The notes under the pieces were generated by a model that was not told the origin of the DNA, searched no databases, and saw only the letters and a program-made list of their open reading frames with translations. A stretch of DNA of 64,000 bases from Vicugna vicugna. Taxonomy: Eukaryota. The stretch spans positions 3,835,368-3,899,367 of the forward strand of contig MU061804.1 of NCBI GenBank assembly GCA_013265495.1. Reading direction: 5' to 3'. Shown here piece by piece: positions 36,131-47,545 of the stretch. The stretch's first letter is position 1, and every line of letters begins with the position of its first letter. Both the position numbers and the translations under genes were made by a program.

Positions 36131-38229
36131 CTGCTTGTTTTAACGATGAATTCATTCCACGTAATTCTACTTAAATAAAATATAAGTAGGGAAAGAAACA
36201 GCAGTTTTGTGAAAATGAAGTCGAACGCTCCTGAATGTCTCCAGACAGATGAATTACTGAAAAGAACTGATGGCAGTCAGACGAGGACGAGACACATGTG
36301 GAAGCGAAACCCAAGTTATTAAAATCTGCGCTCCTGGACTCAGATTCTTCACACGTTGTAAACTCTTATTCTGCTTTGAAGAAATTGAAACTGGAAATCG
36401 TCGAGGCTGCACGGAGCGTGGGTTTCACAGCCACCTCCTTCATCCAGCTCCCCGCCTCCCAGCCACTGTCCACCTGCCCAGTTCCCCCCAGGACCAGGTC
36501 CCAGGACCAGGACACAGGCAGTGCCTGCGTGCCCGAGCCCGGGGAGGTTGTTCAGACCGGCCCCTCCTCAGCCTGCCTGCCCCGCCTCGCCCATCTCTTC
36601 CCGCAGAAACCACAGCAAGACTTTTGTCCACAGTGCCCCTGCCTCTGTCTCCTGACTGACGCATGGAGAGGTGCGTCCCTTGCCCCAGGGAACGCTAAGT
36701 CACAAGCTCTCTTCTCAGTCACATTGTCCCCTGATCTGTTGGCCTTCCCATCCCTCAGATTTTCGGTTAATCCCTTCCATTTTCGAACACACACCCTTTG
36801 CCATAATTCTCTGTCCCTGGCTCTCCACTGCTCTTTGGCGGATTCGCTAACAATTCTGACCTCTTTGGAATCCACTCGCTCACAGGCAGGTATGTACTAA
36901 CGGGCCTGTTTTGTCCCTCTCAGCCTCACTCCTCAAGGGGCTGCAGACAGGCCAGGGGTCTGAGTCTAAAACTCCAGGAGAAAAAAACCCAACAACTTCA
37001 GTTTGGGTCAGACTTTGGCTCAGGACCAGAGCTTTGGCTGGATGCTCTTGGGGCAGAAACCAAGCATAGGCTGGCTGCTGTAGGTAACTGAGAGCAGGTA
37101 GCCTGGGTGGAAAGGGTGCGGAGCAGGGCAGGAAGCATGCACACAACCTGGCTGGTGGGTCCTGAGTCCATGGCCATGCGGTCCAGGTGGTGAAGGAGGG
37201 GAGGCGGGGCGGGGGGAGGAAGGAGAGGCAGGAAGCGCCCCACTGCACGCGGCCAGCAGGTGGACAGGCTGGTATCTGAACAGAGATCCTAGGAACACGC
37301 GTCCCTCGTTCTTTCCACTCTGTCACGTGGCCTGAGGAGATAAATAAAACTGAAGGGGTACTTTGAGGGGAAAAGCCATGGGAGCTGGCGATCAGTCTTG
37401 GGAGATGAGCAGGGAGCAGCTTCAAAGCCGACCCTCCGAGCGGACGCAGGAGGAGATGGGGAGGACGCAAGACGGAGCACCAGACGGGCCAACGGCAACT
37501 CTGGCAGAGCCCGGACCTGGCGCAGGGATCTTCGTTCAGGGCGTTTCCCACTTCCAGTCCGGGAGGAAGGAGGCAATTGATGGTGACTGATGATGCCAGG
37601 AAGAGAGCGAGCGGTAGCTGTCAGGCTGCCAGGCCCCTGCCGGGAGGTAAAGCTGTCAGGTAGAGGGGCAGACTGGCTCTCTTTCAGAGGGTTTGTAATC
37701 CCCCCTCACTGCCCCAGGGGTCCTGTCCTCCTCTCTCCGGGCCAGAGGCCCTCTTGACTGTCCTTTGTTCTTGGCTAACTGCCGTCCATCCTCTCCCTGC
37801 TCACCAGAGCCACTTCCGTGCCCCTGTTCCCAGCCTGGCATTTCAGGAGCTGAGCCAGTGCGTGTGGGGTTGGCTGAGGATGCAGACCTCTCCTCACCTC
37901 CTCCTCGGGGCGGCCACCCTGTTCCTGGCCCATCCTCATCACAGGTGGAACAGTGTGCTCCTGGGACCGGAGAGAGCAGCCTGCCCCCCCTGATGTGAAG
38001 GATGGAGCTGCTGCTCGGGCCAGAGGGTCGGTTAGGACTTGTCATCAACAGATTTCTAAAGGGCCCTCAGGCCTCCGAACAGTCACTTAGTGGTTGAGTC
38101 ATCAAATCATAATTTCTCCCATCAGAAGGGCCGGCTTCTTCCTCACTCGGCCATCCCCTTCCAAGTCAGTGGAACATCCCTGGGCCAGGCTCTTGCTCCT
38201 CCTTCCTTCAACTGTGGACTCTGGAGACT

Positions 38230-38960
38230 AGTGTGGGGGCCTCACCCACGCTCAGATTCACAAACCAGCGCCAGTGTGCAGTCCTGGACGCCGCCTGTGC
38301 CCGCCACGCCGCCCCCGACTGTCAGCGTGCACCAGCCACGGGACGGCCGCCGGCTTCCTGCGGCGAAAACAAACGGCCCGCGGTCAGCTGCACGCGACTC
38401 GCGTCCAGCCCCACGGCTCTCCGGCCCCTCCAGGCCACGGAAGCACCCGGGAGGCTTCCCATCGAGGTTCCGAAGCTCGCTGACCACAGAGGCAGTGGGC
38501 ACTTCTCGTCTTGAGTGCTGTGCCCTCTTCGGAGGCCTGTCCTTGGGGCCCTAGTGCTGCTCCCGTGGCTGGAGCTGGAAAGTCCGTAAAGCATACCGCC
38601 CTTCCCAGCGCGCCTCCCGGGCGGCTCAGAACTCCCTCGCCTCTGGGAGGGACACATCCTGAATTGTCACCTGCACGCCAGAGATTTCCGCGGGTCACAC
38701 TGAGGCTGGGGCTCCAGCCACAACTGTAGCCTCGCTTGCCTTTCCCCCTTCCATCCTGCTCGGCCCACTCCCTCCTCGGCGTCTCCTGGGAGCGCTTCCT
38801 TGGAGCGCTAGCACGCGGCTCCTCCACTCAGAGTCCACTTCTGCGGAAGGAACCTGCGCAGAGAGCAGCCTCCTTGCTGGCCTCTGAGGACGCAGCCTCT
38901 GCAGGAGGCTCGGCGTGTGGCAGGGGATATACGCCCACATAGCAAAGTGTGATGCGCGCT
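38230..38960. promoter_or_regulatory. CpG-rich patch
   Basis: high CpG density, especially 38280-38480. Confidence 0.35.
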
Positions 38961-39044
38961 GGGATGCAGGTGCCCCCGGAGTGCAAGTGCCCCCTCGAGC
39001 GCCCAGTCTGTCCCAGTGTAGTCTCAGACACTGCATCAGGAGGC

Positions 39045-39240
39045 TGTGGGGTCAGAAAAGCCCGCGGTTGAATTCTGCCTTTGCCTCTTACAAGCTGGGT
39101 GTTCTTAGGCAAACTTGGTCTCTCTGAGCCTCAGTTTCCTCGTCTGGTAAGATGGACATCATACCTCGCTCACGGAATTGTTGTGAGGATGACCTCCCCA
39201 AGCGCATCATTGACACACGATGATGGGAACTGCTTTTAGT
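39045..39240 (+). mobile_element. MIR
   Basis: ggttgaattctgcc...cttaggcaaactt...tctctgagcctcagtttcctcgtctggtaagatgg...ttgtgaggatga. Confidence 0.85.
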
Positions 39241-41064
39241 GGGTAGCGTGTGCCTTCAATGTGATTTGAACGTGTCACTATAACGTCACATGGGTCACTG
39301 ATGTGTTCCTGCAGCCCCCCCCCCAACATACAGGCTTGCAAGCCTGGTGTGGCTCCACCAGTTCTCAGGACTAGGAAATTACCAAGGCTGACCACGGAAA
39401 AGGTCCTCTTTCTCGCCTGTTTACCCCTTGCTTCAGAGTGTCGGAGTCAGCCCGTGTTTCCCCCAGGCTCCCCTGGAAGCCGCGCTCTGCCGTTGCTGTT
39501 CCCGATTGAGTTTTCTTCTTCAGTTGAAATTTTTTCCCCGTGAAAGAAAAACATTCCGGAGCTCCCCCATATCTTTGCTGCCTCAGGCTCATGAAAAGCT
39601 AAATCCGGTCTTGGCTCTCCAAAAGAGAATCTATCCCAGCCTGCCCCCAAAGAAGTCGCTGTCATAATTACATCTCCTTTTGGAAGTAATTTGATTTAAT
39701 CACATTAAAGCTAGATTGTGCCGTTTCCTTGGCCAAAGCTGGCTCCAAATTGGCTTTGCTATTTCCTTCCTGGTCCATAGATTCCTCTCTCTCTCTGTTT
39801 TTTTTTTTTTTTTTTGGTGGTATTTGCAAAGAAAATATCTAGCCATTTTAAAGGAAGGTCCAATGGAACGCCACAGGGTGGCACTGATACCTTCTGCTAG
39901 AAAAGCAGGTGGCAGAGTGAGGTCTCACCTGCCATCCCTACGGGAGCCATGTGTCCCAGCAGCCCTAGGGGCTCCTGGAATGGCCAGAGCTGGCCTCGGC
40001 TACTGCTCCTCAACCAATGGGACAGGAGCATCTAGGTAAGCATTCCCGGCCTCCTTCCGCTCTCTCCTTCTAGTTCTCCTGCCCTCTTTCCCAGGGAGCG
40101 CCTCCTAGGCCACCAGGAGAGGATCCGTGGTGTACCGGTTACCCACGTGTGCCGTTTACTAGCCAGCCGTCTGCGCTGGGTGTCAGCATGGCTAAGATGC
40201 TCTCTGGTCCTGAGCATCACGCCAGCAAAATATGAGGCACAGGGAGAGAGGCAATGTGGCCTCTGTCAGCTGGTGACGATGTGGTGCTGCAGGAACTTAA
40301 AGGAAGACTATGAGCTGGGGTTGGGAGAAGGCTCCCCCGAGAAGGTGGACTGAGTTCTGGCCTTGAGAGAAGGGAGAGGAGGCAAAGCGTTCGAGGCACG
40401 GCAAGCGGAGACGCCCTCCTGTCGTCCTTCCCAGGAAGAGAGGCGAGCGCTGAGGTTGGAGGAGGAGGACGGGTTAGGTACAGAGGGCTCTGACAGCCGG
40501 TGGAGGGCTGAGCCTGGCTGTGACTTGGAAGTCCATCTGGGAAGAAAGCCAGGGTTTTATTAATCAAGAAGAGTTTTGGCCATGGCTTTCCTGCATTCTC
40601 ACACGCTCTTACCAGTGGAACAGAAACGCGAGTGGAAACGAGCCTGGACGGTAAGATGGCAGCTCACATCTGGGAGTGGCTAGGACCTGCCTGCAGAACC
40701 ACTGGGGATTCTTGAGCAGGGAGGAGCCAGGTCGAGTGTTTAAACTGGCAACAACATGCAGAATGGCGGAGATTTCATTATTCTGGCTGACATGCTCTGA
40801 AATGTCCCAACAGGTCTTGCTATGCCTGAAATCCTCCGTGGGTGTGCGGAGCAAGTCCCCCTTGGACCCTCCACTGCATCCTGTCAGATGAGACCTCGCA
40901 CCCTTGCTGAGAATAGGCATCAACAGGGCAGGGCTTGTACCACCCTCCTCCTTTCTCCTCCCCCATCCACCCCCTGGTCCAGAGAGCTGACTCTGCTTTT
41001 TTTTTTTTTTTAAGCAATAGACAGCCTCCGCCATTGAGACATCCTTTTTCACGTCCATCTTTAA

Positions 41065-41130
41065 TTAACTGACTCATTAATAGAGATTTATTGAAAGTCC
41101 ACGGTGGATAGGGCAGTCTCCCCGTGTCCT
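41065..41130 (-). mobile_element. Degenerate L2 3' terminus carrying a minus-strand AATAAA
   Basis: actgactcattaatagagatttattgaaagtccacggtgg resembles antisense L2 end; tttatt at 41087-41092. Confidence 0.4.
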
Positions 41131-43554
41131 GTGCTTCTCAGGCTGCAGAAAGCTGCTTCCTCCTCAGGATGGAGGGCAGTTCCTTGGTCACCCATGGCCA
41201 CAGTCCAGCCCCGCCCTGCGAGGAAGGCGTGGGAGGGAACTGCCCAGGTGGGGCCCTGGAGGGGTTTGGAAGCGGTTATTAATGGAGGACAGCAGCGTGC
41301 CTGTGTGGAAGGGGAGCGGTGTGTACTGAGGCTGCCAATATGGAAAGTGCCTGTTAACAGCATCCGTGACGCATCATATCTCACTCACTGACACGCGGGA
41401 CCCGGGGCTTCTGGGAGAACGCAGCCGGCATGCTGATGATGCTAATGATGCCAGACGCCTCCTGCCTGGCCTTGTGTGTCCACCTCTCCTGGCTGCTTGC
41501 TGGTGTGACACTGCAAAGATCACGGCCCCCATGGGGTTCACCCATCCCGAAGCTCTGGAAGAGAACATGGGATCTGGAGAAAAACCATCCTGTGTCTGCA
41601 GCCCCGCTTCTCCTACCGCCGACTGCCAAGGCCGGGGATGACAGTCCAGCGAGGATGTCCATGAGGGAGTTGTGCACATCTCCAAGAGTTCCGAGCTGGG
41701 GAATGGGGGGAAATTGCTCTGAAGATACTCACCTCCCTCAGATCGCACAAAGCATCCAGTTTAGACAGAGTGAGACTGAAGAGAACGCAGACCCAGTCAG
41801 GGCTCAGGGGACAAGCAGCTGGAAGCTTATTTGGAAAACGCTAAAGACAGCCTTCTCAGTGCCCAGAGACGAGACCTCAGGGAGGGTAAGCTGGTACAGA
41901 CTCTCTCCTTCCAGCCCCCATCCTTTTCCAGCCACTGCTCTGGAAAACCCCGCCTCTGATGAATGGGATTTCTGGGTTCCTAAAGAGGTGGATGCTAAGG
42001 GCTGAGTCTAGATCAGAAGCTTCGTGGATGCAACGGGCTGGGACTCAGATGCAAGGATGTCCTGCAGGTGGATAAGGTGACGGCCCATGAAGGTATCTTG
42101 TGAACAAACGAATAAAGGAACGAGTGGACGTTCAGTGTGTGCCTGTGACTTGCTGGACGTGGCGGTGTTGCTCTGAACTTGATGCGCTTCTCTGTCTCCA
42201 TCCCGACAGCCGCGGTGGGAAGTCGGGGCTGTCGTGGCCATTTCTCAAAGGAGGAGGTCGGGGTCCGGAGAGTTGAGATGACGCACCCAGCATGTCAGCG
42301 GCCACCCTTCTAGAGCCTCTCTCTTCACTCTCCCCGCTCTGCTGTGCTCTCGGAGAGATCTTCTGGACCCTGTTTCCGCAAAGGTACCGCCCAGCTTTGT
42401 GCGTCCACCTGGAGGCCAGCGCCTTCCGTGTTTTTCCCTAGCTGGTGTAAGCGACTTCGCGCGAGTGACTTGGTCCCACGTATTCCAGCGGGCAGTTGGG
42501 GCAGAAGCAGGAGAGGGCGTGGCCCCTTGGTGGGGTCTCAAGGCAGAAGATGTTGAGAAAAGAGAAACAGGGCACCGTGGACCGAGTCTGCACCCTCCGG
42601 TCCAGGGCTTCTGTGCCCACCCTTCCCCTCGCTCCGGTTTTTGCGCTGACTTGGAGAGTGTCATTTTTGTGGGCTGTGGTGAGCGCGGTTCTCCTGGGAG
42701 GTCAGACGCTCCTTAGAGGCAGGGCAGCGTGGTGATGAGAACTCCCCAGACCGGTGGCCCGGGGTGTCTCCCTCATCCCTGGCCCTTGCCGTGTTCCCAG
42801 GCCCTGCCTGGTTGTCGTGTGTGGATGGATGTAGGCCGGGCGACTGGAGCTGTTTCTGCTCTCGGCTCCCGGGAAACGGCTGGGGCAGGGCTTTGGGTCA
42901 ACCGCTCAGGGGCTCAGATCTTGCCCCCAGCCCCCAGCGGGACAACGCCTGCTGACATGGAGAAGGACTCACGAGCCATCCTGACCTTCCCTTTCAAGCC
43001 GCGGCTAAGCCCAAGAGGAGGGAGTCAACTCCTCGGGTCAGCGGTGACGCTGCCACCCTGGCGCAGGGTTAAGAACCGGCTGCCGGCACCCAGCTGCTGG
43101 GGACAAGTGGCAGCGTGCCTCTGGGGAGAGTGGCCCTCCCCGCGCCGGGCAGATGCTTTGTTGCAACTCTTAATCATTTCCATAGAAAAAACACACACAC
43201 TTTCCAGCCAGGAGAAGGCCATAGCCTTCCTCCCTTACGGTTTGGTTAGGGCCGGGGGTCGTGCTGTTTGAACGGTGTGGGCTCCTGTCCAGGCAAGAAT
43301 CCATTAAAAGAAAGGAAGGGAGAATCATTTCAGTGAAGCAGGCTTTTCAGCCCCAAATGTCTGGGGAGACACAGAAACAGGGTGGGACGGTCCCGCTGCG
43401 GGGGCCCTCGTGGCCTGGCAGGTCTTCGGAGGACGCAGGCAGCCCTGCCTCGTCACAGCTACGGGGACTGTCCGGGCTGCGCCGCGACTCCTGATAACTT
43501 CCAGGGCAGGGAGAACCCTGGGCTAGAGCCCGCAATGCCTCCTCGACTCCGCCT

Positions 43555-43605
43555 GTAACGTCCTCCTGTCTCTGAGCCTCAGTTTCCTCGTCTGTACCAG
43601 GGAAG
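43555..43605 (+). mobile_element. MIR core fragment
   Basis: tctctgagcctcagtttcctcgtctgta. Confidence 0.75.
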
Positions 43606-44539
43606 CAGGGAGCCGCGCCCAGCTCTCTCCTGGGCTGTTTGGGGAAGTCACTGGGGGCTGGAATTGTGTCCATGGCAGAAAGCTGCAGACCAGCCCAACT
43701 GCCCGTGACCAACACTGTCACTCTGCCCAGGGAGGCCGCACTGTCTGCAGCCCTGGGCACAGACGCCAGGCGTGGCCACACTCAGGCCACTGGTCTGGCC
43801 GTCCTGCTCCCCGGGTTGCCCCCTCCCCTCTGCCCCAGGCTTTCTTGTTGTCACCTCTGCCCGCAGTGGCCTGTCCTCCCGGCCCCCAGACCAGGCCCCC
43901 CTCCCCTCTGCCTTCCCTCAGGTCCCGTCTCAGATCCAAGCTCCCGCAGAGCTTCCAGCAGGATGTGACCCCCAGCTCTGACCCACTGTGTCTCCCTGCT
44001 CCCGGGGACGTTGTTAACGGCTGTGGTGAGTGGGGGCTCGTCTTCTCGAGGGCCGTGAGCACAGTCGGGGCCATGCCTGCTGCGGGCCTTTTGTCCCCAG
44101 GGCTTGGTGCTGGGCCAGCCCCGGACTCAGTGTTTGGGGAATGGGTGAGCAGCCAGGGCGGGGGGCGGGGGCAGATGTAAGCGCGGTGGTTCTGAAGCTC
44201 ACACACATTTTGCAGGATCTTCGAGGAAAAGAACCCAACGTTTTGAGCACAGAGTGCGACGCAGGGCCGGGGAGAGGCCTGGGGGGCGAGGGGTGTTTGT
44301 GCAGATGCTTCCCCAGATCCAGGGTCATGTCCGCTCTGTGGGTGGGGCGGGGGTCCCTGGGTGAGGTGCTTTTCACAGCCTGGCCTCCCAGCCCGCCCCT
44401 CAACAGCCCAGAGGGAGCACCGGGGGGGCTCTCAGAGGCTGGCAAGCGGGCACGGAGGGAGGACAAGGGAGGCCAGAACACAGAGGCAGAGGCCCCGAGG
44501 GAGACCCCTGCCCCTCTCCGCGGAGTCCTCCATCTCTCT

Positions 44540-45360
44540 GCCCCCACTACCCTGACTGTGAGTGTCTTTATCAAAGATTCTAAGTGCCACCTCCGTTTGG
44601 CAAGTTTCCCCCCCCGACCCTCTGCAGCCCCTTCCCCTGCCTCCCCTCCTCCCTCCCTCTCCGCTTCCAAAATCAATTTTCAGCAAGAGCAGCAGGTTCC
44701 GAGCCATCTGGGGTTGCTGGCAGCCTCCGCAGGCTGTAAGCAGCTCAGTCTGTCTCCCTTAAAGCAGCCCCTGAGTTTCTCTGCCATCCCCAGCCTGGTC
44801 TTCCCCCCTCGAGGGGGGAGGAGGAGGAGGAGGAAGGTGGGTTCCGGACCCTCGCGCTCTTCTCCGGAGGGGGTCTCGGATCCATCCCTGCGACGCGCCC
44901 CACTACGTGGGGTTTCAGAGTCGGAGCCGAGCTGGCCCGGCCGCCAGACAGAAGCCACGGCCGCCTCCCCACCTGCGGGGAGGGACGGATGCGTTAATTG
45001 GCAGGAAGAGCGCTGAGCGGAGCAGGTGGCGCCGCGCCAGGGTCGCGGAGGTGCGCTCTCCCTCACCTCAGCTGCGACGCTGGGCGCTCTGTTTGCGGGG
45101 GAGGAGGAGAGCGGAGACCTGAGCTCCCCTCTGCTTTGTGGACTGCCTCCTCCGTCCACAGCCCCCAGGGTGGGCTGCTCTGCAGAGCAGGGAGCAGCGT
45201 GGGGATGTTTTGGGCGTATGTCTGCTTTGGAGATGGAGACCAGCCCAGGACAGTTCCTCAAGTTCGGGCCCCCAGCCGCTCCTCGCCCGTACCCGCAGCG
45301 CCCACGCACCCACGTTTTCACCTTTGACCTGCTTTCCCAGCTGTTTCCTAGCCTTCCGGT
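44540..45360. promoter_or_regulatory. CpG island / putative promoter (largest in window)
   Basis: very CpG-dense 44830-45330; (GGA)6 44817-44834; C-run cluster 44608-44657; ATCAAAG 44570-44576; TAAGTG 44581-44586; CTCF-like ggagcaggtggcgc 45019-45032. Confidence 0.6.
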
Positions 45361-46280
45361 TAGAAGAGAGCAGTTTTGCATGACTTCTCCTTGCACGCAG
45401 ACGCCACCGCATGTCCCTCCATCCCCGCCCAGCACCTCCCGTGTGGTTCTCTAGCCCCCATGTCCTTAGTCAGCCTGCCAGGCACAGCCCATTTCCCACG
45501 GGCCGCAACACAGAAAGCACCCGCAAGACTCACATGATCCCAAGGAAACGGAGGTAAAGGAACCTTAGGTAGATAGTACTTGCTTCTGGAACCTTCCCTG
45601 AGGGACTGGAGGAGCTGAGCCCTGAACCCAGATCTCCTGACCCGTGGGCTGACGTTCTCCACGTTCTGGGGCTGCCAGGAACTTGCTCCCGAGAGAACCT
45701 GGATGGAGCAGCCGTGCGGTGGACGAGCCCCAGGACAGGAGGCAGAGCGAGGCCGGCGCCCTGGCCTCCTGCCTCCGCTCTGCGACCTTGGGCGACCACA
45801 CGCCCTTGAGCCCTGACAGCCTCCCCTGTGCAGCAAGGACTGGTCTTGACGGTTGAGTTGTCTGCACGGAGCAGAGCGCCGGCCCCAACACGGGCGCTCC
45901 GTGAATGCCTGCTGACTGAGCCTCTCTGGGCACGACCCCCAGCACCTACTGCATAGCAGGCGTTCAGTACACGGGCGCTGCCGCAGGTTAGTTTTCACGT
46001 GGCTGCGGAAAACCAGTGGCATGCATTTGCAGTGGTGACATATTTTACGAAGCACCATCAGGTACTTCAGGTGGCACAGAGGGACAGAGTCGAGGGCGAG
46101 GTCAGAATAGCCACACGGGGGCTGCGGGGGGGTCGGGGGCGGCTTGCTGGTTCTCGTCTCACTCCCTCTGCCCTCCGCTCTCCATCCTTGTGCACGTCTT
46201 TGCATTGGACACTGAGCAGAGGGTGCAGGATCTTCCCCCTGTGGCCCTGCGTCCAGGATGCTTGTAATCTGGCATGGGGT

Positions 46281-46290
46281 GGGAATTCCC
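46281..46290. promoter_or_regulatory. Palindromic NF-kB consensus site
   Basis: GGGAATTCCC (a second site GGGATTTCCC at 12150-12159); motif match only. Confidence 0.25.
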
Positions 46291-47004
46291 TTTTACGGGA
46301 ATAGTTCTCACTCTGAGGACTCTCTGAGACTCTCTGAGCAATGCTGCAGAGGGATAGCTGAGTGAGTGACCTCTGGATGCCCCTCAGCTCGCCAGGACAA
46401 TCCTGACATTCCTGCAGTGCCAGGTGGGCTGGTTTAGGAATCAATACCAGTGACAGCCAAATTCCTAGGGGGGCTGAAAGGACATTCACAGAGGTCAGCC
46501 CAGGGAAGCTCCGTGGTCTTTCAGGAAGGTCTTTGAGGGACGCAGCAGCCCCCTGAGGGAGGGAAGGAGAGAAGGTGGACCCCTCAGGTCCAGGTTCAGG
46601 GGCAGTGAGGGCAGATGGCCTGGCCGCCCCCTCCCCCTCCATCAAGGCCAGAGGACTTCTCTGCCCTGTAACTTCCGGGGGAAACATTAATCAAATTTCT
46701 ATTCCTTTTTTCCCCCCCACAGATGATTACCACATTTGTGTCTTGTAACACATGTTTTCAAGATGCTTTTAAAGTATTTGTTTGTCTTCTAATTTTCCCC
46801 AGAGCTCGTGGTTTATGTACTCACACTGCTGGCCTCACCCATAAAATGCTGGGGACTCAGGCAGGAGGGAGGGCAGAGTGGGTCAGAATGGTGGGCGACG
46901 GAGAGTGGAGAGTGAGGAGCAGAAAATCAAGGTCCAGCGTTCCGTTGGTCCTGACCCAGCAGGGTGTCTCCACTTCAAGAGCCTTATTTAGGTGCAAATA
47001 CTAG

Positions 47005-47175
47005 CCTTCCCTTGGAATTGTGGAGCACACTTTGTGTTCCCAGAGCACTCTGACCGACAGAATGGTGTTTGCCTTTTAGCAAAACTTCTCTGCACACTAG
47101 ACAAGGTTAGGTACTAGCATCCTTATTTACCAGGAGGGGGAACTGCGAAAGACGGCGGTTGTGTGATTAGCCGGA
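47005..47175 (-). mobile_element. MIR fragment
   Basis: gagcacactttgtgttccc...gcatccttatttaccaggagggggaactg. Confidence 0.5.
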
Positions 47176-47284
47176 GGTCGTCCAGCAAGGCAGTGTGGGA
47201 GCAGGGGCAAGAGCCTTGTCTTCAAGCCTTTTTTCCTTCTTGATTTTTGCCATATAATCTTTCCCGCAGTACTACCACTCTCTC

Positions 47285-47331
47285 CACACACACAGACACA
47301 CAGACAGATACACACACACACACACACACAC
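47285..47331. repeat. Interrupted (CA)n microsatellite
   Basis: cacacacacagacacacagacagatacacacacacacacacacacac. Confidence 0.95.
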
Positions 47332-47533
47332 GATTTTCTTTAGAAAATTCCGCCAGGCCAGCAATTGCCTTTGCAATTCTTTGCTCTATTTGGATCATGT
47401 TTACCTCCACACACGGCATAAAATAAAAATGAAAACAGGCAGCTTTTTTTGAGTGTTTACAAATGTTATAACTAATACCCACAGTATTCCCACAAGGCAG
47501 GCCGCACGGAAGCTCCCTGGGGCTGAAACAACC

Positions 47534-47545
47534 AGTTCAAGGTCA
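47534..47545 (+). promoter_or_regulatory. DR0 NR5A/ERR/GCNF-type site
   Basis: AGTTCAAGGTCA. Confidence 0.4.

Noticed and set aside
36298-36900. 200-aa ORF (MEAKPKLLKSALL...) ending just after a CAG|GTATGT donor
   Set aside because: No recognisable homology, a non-ATG start and no convincing partner exons
39910-39934. 11-bp bulged hairpin tggcag-a-gtgag-gt-ctcac-ctgcca
   Set aside because: Too short for a pre-miRNA or known ncRNA; chance-level in GC-rich DNA
44014-46205. Long overlapping ORFs (328, 251, 220, 281 aa) across the CpG island
   Set aside because: G/P/R/A/S-rich low-complexity translations open in several frames and both strands, as expected from stop-codon depletion in very GC-rich DNA; no recognisable domain
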